Positions 56,801 through 64,000 of a DNA stretch of 64,000 nt are shown piece after piece. The notes beneath the pieces were generated by a model that made no database searches, was not told the DNA's origin, and worked only from the letters and a program-made list of their open reading frames with translations. Source of the stretch: Macrostomum lignano (taxonomy: Eukaryota); assembly GCA_002269645.1 (NCBI GenBank), contig NIVC01000934.1:124001-188000 (forward strand), in the 5' to 3' direction. The position numbers were made by a program, and so were the translations under genes. Within the stretch, counting starts at the first letter, position 1; the number at the start of each line of letters is the position of its first letter.

Positions 56801-58361
56801 ACCTCGTCCCTTATTCGATGTGCTCTCCTTGGCCTCCCAAGCGCAGTCTTCCCTATTAATTTCTTATTCCTTCATCTAAAATCCCAACTCCGCTTTCGAA
56901 TCCCCATTGAGCAGTGCGCACTGTTGACAGACTCACCGCAGCCTGGCAGGAACAAAGACTGCAGGCCCGGCCGCAAAAGCCAGGGTGACACAATCAATGC
57001 ATCCGCATGCCGAGCAATGCCGTTCTCAGCCCAGGCAGCTTCTCGCGTTTGCCCAGTGACTCATCTTTTTCGATTCCCAAAACTCTCCCACCGCTCAATA
57101 GTGTTCCCCGTCCCCAATTGATTCCAGGCCAACTCAGCATCGTCAATCCACAGTTCCGAGCACTCCATCTGTCACACTCAAGCTGTCCTCACTTGCATTT
57201 CTTTGTGCTGCGCTGCATAACAAGCGGAATGCATTTGCTCTATTGAATCAGCCTCTGAGCCACTCATTGCTCTGTCTGCCTGTCATTCCCAACCCCTGCC
57301 TGTCAAGCTTATCAGTGTGCGCTGCTCTCGTGTGCTGCCTGTCGCTCAGCCAATTTTTTTATCTGCGAGACAGGCAGGCAGGCAGGCATGCCGAGCATCG
57401 ATCGCGCTCCGAAGCTGGATGGAACTTTTGTATACATGTACCGATTCCTTCTGTTTGATGGCTCATGGCTGTCGTATCCGTCCCTCTCCTTCTTTTCCCT
57501 CTCCTTCTCCCTCTCCTTCTCCCTCTCCTTCTCCCTCCCTTCTTTTCCCCTCTCTTCTCCTCTCCTTCTCCCTCTCCTTCTCCCTCTCCTTCTCCCTCTC
57601 CTTCTCCCTCTCCTTCTCCCTCTCCTTCTCCCTCTCCCTTCTCCTCTCCTTCTCCCTCTCCTTCTCCTCTCCTTCTCCCTCTCCTTCTCCCTCTCCTTCT
57701 CCCTCTCCTTCTCCCTCTCCTTCTCCCTCTCCTTCTCCCTCTCCTTCTCCCTCCCCTTCTCCCTCTCCTTCTCCCTCTCCTTCTCTCACTCCTTCTCCCC
57801 TCCTTCTCCCTCTCCTTCTCCCTCTCCTTCTCCCTCTCCTTCTCCCTCTCCTTCTCCCTCTCCTTCTCCCCTCTCCTTCTCCCTCTCCTTCTCCCTCTCC
57901 TTCTCTCACTCATTCTCCCCTCCTTCTCCCTCTCATTCTCCCTCTCCTTCTCCCTCTTCTTCTATCACTCCTCCTTTTTAGTCTCCCTCTCCATCTTCCT
58001 TACGTCTCTACCCCCGTCTCGTCCTCAGCATTCGTCATCCCGGCTCCAGAAGCCCCTGCTTTGAATTAAGCGTTGGCTGCCCCCGAGACTCCTCCATCAA
58101 ACTCGAGCGTTCAATATAAAGCTCATTGAAGAGGCAGCTCCATCGCGCAGACAAAGCCCTTCTCTCTCTTATCTGTGTCAGCCCCCTCCTCTCTCCTCCA
58201 CTACTTCATCATCTGCCATTTCTTATTCTCCAGTGCCCTCTTTCTTTCTCAGAAATCCAATAACTCCCAGCATTTCTAATATTATTAGCAACCTCCTTGG
58301 TCTACTGACTGTGTGACAGTCTGTGTCAAGGCTTGCTAATATGGCACTACGCTCCTACATT

Positions 58362-59303
58362 GGGGGCGCTTTCATATCTCCGAAATTTCAAATCTTCGGA
58401 ATTTCATATCACTAAAATCTCATATCTCCGACAAGCTTAACCTAACCCTAACGGAGACATGAAGTGTCGGAGTCATGAATTGTCGGAGATATGAAATGTC
58501 GAGATATGAGGTGTCGGAGTCATGAAGTGTCGGAGTCATGAATTGTCGGAGATATGAAGTGTCGGAGTCATGAAGTGTCGGAGTCATGAATTGTCGGAGA
58601 TATGAAGTGTCGGAGATATGAGGTGTCGGAGTCATGAAGTGTCGGAGTCATGAATTGTCGGAGATATGAAGTGTCGGAGTTATGAAGTGTCGGAGTCATG
58701 AATTGTCGGAGATATGAAATGTCGGAGTCGTGAAGTCTCGGAGTCATGAAGTGTCGGAGTCATGAAGTGTCGGAGTCATGAAGTGTCGGAGATATGAAGT
58801 GTCGGAGATATGAAGTGTCGGAGATATGAAGTGTCGGAGATACGAAATGTCGGAGATATGAAGTGTCGGAGATATGAAGTGCCGGCGAAATTAAATGTCG
58901 GAGATAAGAGGTGTAGGAGATATGAAGTGTCGGAGATATGAAGTGTCGGAGATTTGAAGTGTCGGAGATATGCAATGTCGGAGATACGAAGTGTCGGAGA
59001 TATGAAGTGTCGGAGATATGAAGTGTCGGCGAAATGAAATGTCGGAGATACGAAGTGTCGGAGATAAAGTGTCGGAGATATGAAGTGTCGGCGAAATGAA
59101 ATGTCGAGATAAGAGGTGTCGGAGATATGAAGTGTCGGAGATATGAAGTGTCGGAGATATGAAGTGTCGGCGAAATGAATGTCGGAGATAAGAGGTGTCG
59201 GAGATATGAAGTGTCGGATATATGAAGTGTCGGAGATATGAAATTTCGTAGATATGAAGTGTCGGAGATAAGAGGTGTCGGTGTTTGCAAGGGGCTGCTT
59301 TCG
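58362..59303. mobile_element. Foldback/MITE-like element with a 16-bp internal array (gaagtgtcggagatat) and a short CCCTAA telomeric seed; complete copy at 60351-61310
   Basis: Begins gggggcgctttcatatctccgaaa; the second copy ends tttcgtagatatgaaa (inverted match); contains aaccctaaccctaa. Confidence 0.6.
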
Positions 59304-59444
59304 NNNNNNNNNNNNNNNNNNNNNNNNNNNNNNNNNNNNNNNNNNNNNNNNNNNNNNNNNNNNNNNNNNNNNNNNNNNNNNNNNNNNNNNNNNNNNNNNN
59401 NNNNNNNNNNNNNNNNNNNNNNNNNNNNNNNNNNNNNNNNNNNN
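59304..59444. other. Assembly gap (141 N)
   Basis: Run of n. Confidence 1.
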
Positions 59445-62427
59445 GTTTGATGGCTCATGGGCTGTCGTATCCGTCCCTCTCCTTCTTTTCCCTCTCCTTC
59501 TCTCCTCTCCTTCTCTCCTTCTCCCTCTCCTTCTTTCCCTCTCCTTCTCCTCTCCTTCTCCTCTCCTTCTCCCTCTCTTCTCCCTCTCCTTCTCCCTCTC
59601 CTTCTCCCTCTCCTTCTCCCTCTCCTTCTCCCTCTCCTTCTCCCTCTCCTTCTCCCTCTCCTTCTCCCTCTCCTTCTCCCTCTCCTTCTCCCTCTCCTTC
59701 TCCCTCTCCTTCTCCCTCTCCTTCTCCCTCTCCTTCTCCCTCCCCTTCTCCCTCTCCTTCTCCCTCTCCTTCTCTCACTCCTTCTCCCCTCCTTCTCCCT
59801 CTCCTTCTCCCTCTCCTTCTCCCTCTCCTTCTCCCTCTCCTTCTCCCTCTCCTTCTCCCTCTCCTTCTCCCTCTCCTTCTCCCTCTCCTTCTCTCACTCA
59901 TTCTCCCCTCCTTCTCCCTCTCATTCTCCCTCTCCTTCTCCCTCTTCTTCTATCACTCCTCCTTTTTAGTCTCCCTCTCCATCTTCCTTACGTCTCTACC
60001 CCGTCTCGTCCTCAGCATTCGTCATCCCCGGCTCCAGAAGCCCCTGCTTTGAATTAAGCGTTGGCTGCCCCCGAGACTCCTCCATCAAACTCGAGCGTTC
60101 AATATAAAGCTCCATTGAAGAGGCAGCTCCATCGCGCAGACAAAGCCCTTCTCTCTCTTATCTGTGTCAGCCCCTCCCTCTCCTCCACTACTTCATCATC
60201 TGCCATTTCTTATTCTCCAGTGCCCCTCTTTCTTTCTCAGAAATCCAATAACTCCCAGCATTTCTAATATTATTAGCAACCTCCTTGGTCTACTGACTGT
60301 GTGACAGTCTGTGTCAAGGCTTGCTAATATGGCACTACGCTCCTACATTGGGGGCGCTTTCATATCTCCGAAATTTCAAATCTTCGGAATTTCATATCAC
60401 TAAAATCTCATATCTCCGACAAGCTTAACCCTAACCCTAACGGAGACATGAAGTGTCGGAGTCATGAATTGTCGGAGATATGAAATGTCGGAGATATGAG
60501 GTGTCGGAGTCATGAAGTGTCGGAGTCATGAATTGTCGGAGATATGAAGTGTCGGAGTCATGAAGTGTCGGAGTCATGAATTGTCGGAGATATGAAGTGT
60601 CGGAGATATGAGGTGTCGGAGTCATGAAGTGTCGGAGTCATGAATTGTCGGAGATATGAAGTGTCGGAGTTATGAAGTGTCGGAGTCATGAATTGTCGGA
60701 GATATGAAATGTCGGAGTCGTGAAGTCTCGGAGTCATGAAGTGTCGGAGTCATGAAGTGTCGGAGTCATGAAGTGTCGGAGATATGAAGTGTCGGAGATA
60801 TGAAGTGTCGGAGATATGAAGTGTCGGAGATACGAAATGTCGGAGATATGAAGTGTCGGAGATATGAAGTGCCGGCGAAATTAAATGTCGGAGATAAGAG
60901 GTGTAGGAGATATGAAGTGTCGGAGATATGAAGTGTCGGAGATTTGAAGTGTCGGAGATATGCAATGTCGGAGATACGAAGTGTCGGAGATATGAAGTGT
61001 CGGAGATATGAAGTGTCGGCGAAATGAAATGTCGGAGATACGAAGTGTCGGAGATATGAAGTGTCGGAGATATGAAGTGTCGGCGAAATGAAATGTCGGA
61101 GATAAGAGGTGTCGGAGATATGAAGTGTCGGAGATATGAAGTGTCGGAGATATGAAGTGTCGGCGAAATGAAATGTCGGAGATAAGAGGTGTCGGAGATA
61201 TGAAGTGTCGGATATATGAAGTGTCGGAGATATGAAATTTCGTAGATATGAAGTGTCGGAGATAAGAGGTGTCGGTGTTGTGCAAGGGGCTGCTTTTCGT
61301 AGATATGAAACTCCTGCTCCACTGCATGCAGAATGTGTAACTCAACCGGCAAAACTCATCTATAAGATTTGTCAATCCGAGGCAGAGCTGTTTGCCAAGT
61401 CACACCCATGGCGCTCGGATACCGTGTATGCGTGCGGGCTGGGTTACGTAATCAGGTCGCATCGTCTGGGTGCTCAGCGCCCCGGCCCACCCGCGCCTCG
61501 CTCTCTATATACCCTCCCTTGGCGGGGGAACACTCTCTCCTGCAAACACTTGAGCATGCAACTCCTAACAACAGAATTAGTTTCTGTGAGCTGCTCCTGC
61601 AAATTAGCGACTTGTATAATAGCTGCAATGGCCAAGCCTTGTTAAATAAACTAAAACTAATTAATTAACAGGGCCTGTTTAACCAACTGCTTCAGATTCT
61701 CAATTGCCTGTGCATGTCAATTTTATGCTTTAAAGGTATAAGCAATAAAATATAGATTATATTAAGCCATCCGCTAACAGTTCCCAAATCCCATATTAGC
61801 TAGCATAGCTAGTTGAAATCCCCATAACTTCCTGGGCTTATCGCTCGCGTCCCATCTGTCAAAGAGCCCGCAGCAGCAGCAGGCACAGCATGGCCCAGCT
61901 GCATTATTGCAGGCTTGCCTGGGGAGGCTGACTCACTCACCTTACCGCCCCTCCGCCCCTGAGCCTCCCATGCCCCCCCAGCATCCCCGCAAGCGTTGTA
62001 TTATTTACGGAAGGGGGATTCTGGTCTGGGGGGTTTGGGCAGTCAGCCTGGCCCTACACCTCCCGCATAAGCTGATTAACACCCAGTTAAACCCTGGATC
62101 CTGCCATCATCATCATCATATCTCCCGTGCAGGCTCCATCCATGGCTGCATGGTTTGGCCTGACCTTGCAGTGACTGCAGACTGGCCACAAACTGCCTTC
62201 TTTCTTTTAGCTCGAGTGATCCTCAAAAGGCTGATAAAATTCTGCTTTGAGAACCGCTCAGTCCATGCAAAAGGTCCGGGTCGCATTTCAAGTCAGTTGT
62301 CGTCTTCAATAATACTCAGAAAAATCAATTTTACTTTGTTACAGATCGTGCCAGAAAGATAAACTACAGAGACAGGTTGACGGTCTCCTGCGGGGTTTAT
62401 TGAAGGCTTACGGGCAGTTGCTTGAGA

Positions 62428-63285
62428 TGTTAAAGATCATGGGGAATTGCTTGATGTTAAAGATCATAGGGAATTGCCTGATGTTAAAGATCATGGGGAA
62501 TTGCTTGATGTTAAAGATCATGGGGAATTGCTTGGTGTTAAAGATCATGGGGAATTGCTTGAGTTGTTAAAGATCATGGGGAATTGCTTGAAATGTTAAA
62601 GATCATGGGCAATTGCTTGAAATGTTAAAGATCATGGGGAATTGCTTGATGTTAAAGATCATGGGGAATTGCTTGAGATGTTAAAGATCATGGGGAATTG
62701 CCTGATGTTAAAGATCATGGGGAATTGCTTGAGATGTTAAAGATCATGGGGAATTGCTTGATGTTAAAGATCATGGGGAATTGCATGATGTTAAAGATCA
62801 TGGGGAATTGCTTGAGATGTTAAAGATCATGGGGAATTGCTTGAAATGTTAAAGATCATGGGGAATTGCTTGAGATGTTAAAGATCATGGGGAATTGCTT
62901 GAGATGTTAAAGATCATGGGGGATTGCTTGCGATGTTTAATATTATGGAGGGAATGCTGCGATATCAAAGATTATGGGGGTACTGCTGAGATATCAAAGA
63001 TAATGGGGGATATTGCTGACATATCAAAGATTATGGGGGATATTGCTGAGATATCATAGATTATTATGGGGTGTATTGCTTAGATATCAAAGATTATGGG
63101 GGATATCGCTTAGATATCAAAGATTATGGGGGTATTGCTGAGATATCAAAGATTATGGGGGTATTGCTGAGATATCAAAGATTATAGGGGTATTGCTGAG
63201 ATATCAAAGATTATGAGGGTATTGCTGAGATATCAAAGATTATGGGGGTATTGCTGAGATATCAAAGATTATGGGGGAAATTGCT
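62428..63285. repeat. Two adjacent related minisatellites: 28-31-bp (tgttaaagatcatggggaattgcttga) then 29-bp (gatatcaaagattatgggggtattgctga)
   Basis: Direct inspection; the switch is near 62935. Confidence 0.93.
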
Positions 63286-64000
63286 GAAAATCTTTGGCTC
63301 TTGGGGGTTGCTGAGATGCCAAGGGTCAATTGGAAGTTGTTGGGAGGGCCAAGCATCAAAGAGAGAGTTTATATGATTGCCATGGCTTGAAGAAGGATAT
63401 TTTGGGCTGGACAGCCGGCTTTCATGGCCATGATGCTTTTTGGCTTTTTAAACATCATTTTCATCAGGAAACTACAATACTTCATAACAACAATGACTGT
63501 ACAAAAAGTCATGTAATTTGTTAAAATTGATTCCCTTCTCTGCATGACAGGCTGACATGTGACCAGGTGTGCGGTTATTCGAGTGTAATTGCAGCAGGTC
63601 ACTGCATGGTTGTGCTGCATTCGAGTTATTCTAAATCAGGTTATTGTTCTGTGCCCCTGGATCTTATCAAAGCTTGCACCGCAAGAGGCCACATGGGTAT
63701 TGAGAGCAATGGCTAAAATTAGGGCAAACAAATAGAGTCAAAGGAAGACCATGCAGGCTTTCATGCACAAGCAAATTGTTTGTAGCGAAAATATAATACA
63801 GTAAGATGCGAAATGTGAAAAAAAGCAGCAATTCTGTGTGCAGATCTTCCCCCGATTCACTCGACAAAATGCCCATGCAACAACTTTTGTATATAGACAG
63901 GCTTAATGGCTGTTTATCTGGGTCAGTCAGTTTTATCTCCGTTCTCTGCGGCTTTGGTCTGCAGTCTCCCCTGCAGCAGATTATTGTTGAGACTTGCGCG

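Larger units (their letters stand above)
57453..61300. repeat. Direct duplication 57453-59303 = 59445-61300 either side of the N gap (likely assembly overlap)
   Basis: The copies differ mainly by 1-nt homopolymer indels and array length; each includes a (ccctctccttct)n 12-bp array. Confidence 0.9.

Noticed and set aside
58436-58458. CCCTAA telomeric repeats as a chromosome end
   Set aside because: Only about 2 units, embedded in a foldback element.
62378-62402. gacggtctc-ctgcg-tttattg, loosely like the Macrostomum spliced leader as I recall it
   Set aside because: The match is short and gapped, there is no following GT donor or Sm site, and the reference sequence is from memory and unverified.
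63330-63876. Short ORFs in an AT-richer tail
   Set aside because: Stops in all frames and no recognisable motif; possibly a decayed element.

Overview
Eukaryotic, intron-rich metazoan genomic DNA with GC-rich exons and a different minisatellite in almost every intron. The style suggests the flatworm Macrostomum lignano (inference, not verified). Three spliced genes can be reconstructed by hand. (1) A 3-exon ankyrin-repeat + STE/MAP3K-like Ser/Thr kinase (minus, 3847-6064, 590 aa). (2) A complete 8-coding-exon discoidin domain receptor tyrosine kinase (DDR; minus, 8989-43160, 1031 aa). (3) A compact plakin-family cytolinker (plus, about 46800-54828; plakin/SH3 region plus plectin repeats) with several apparent 1-nt frameshifts, lying head-to-head with DDR. 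The first ~1.45 kb is a slightly diverged tandem copy of DDR intron 5 and the transmembrane exon, so an orphan DDR 3' half continues off the left edge. It is joined to an AT-rich island carrying three overlapping small ORFs punctuated by a recurring motif. Also present: a LINE 3' fragment, a family of small foldback elements, about 35 tandem arrays, and a probable false duplication around a 141-N gap. The most notable patterns are minisatellites built from splice signals (donor arrays and a pure branch-point-motif intron) and the duplicated, phase-compatible DDR intracellular cassette. Most long ORFs in the supplied track are repeat artefacts. All exon structures were inferred from sequence alone, without transcript data.
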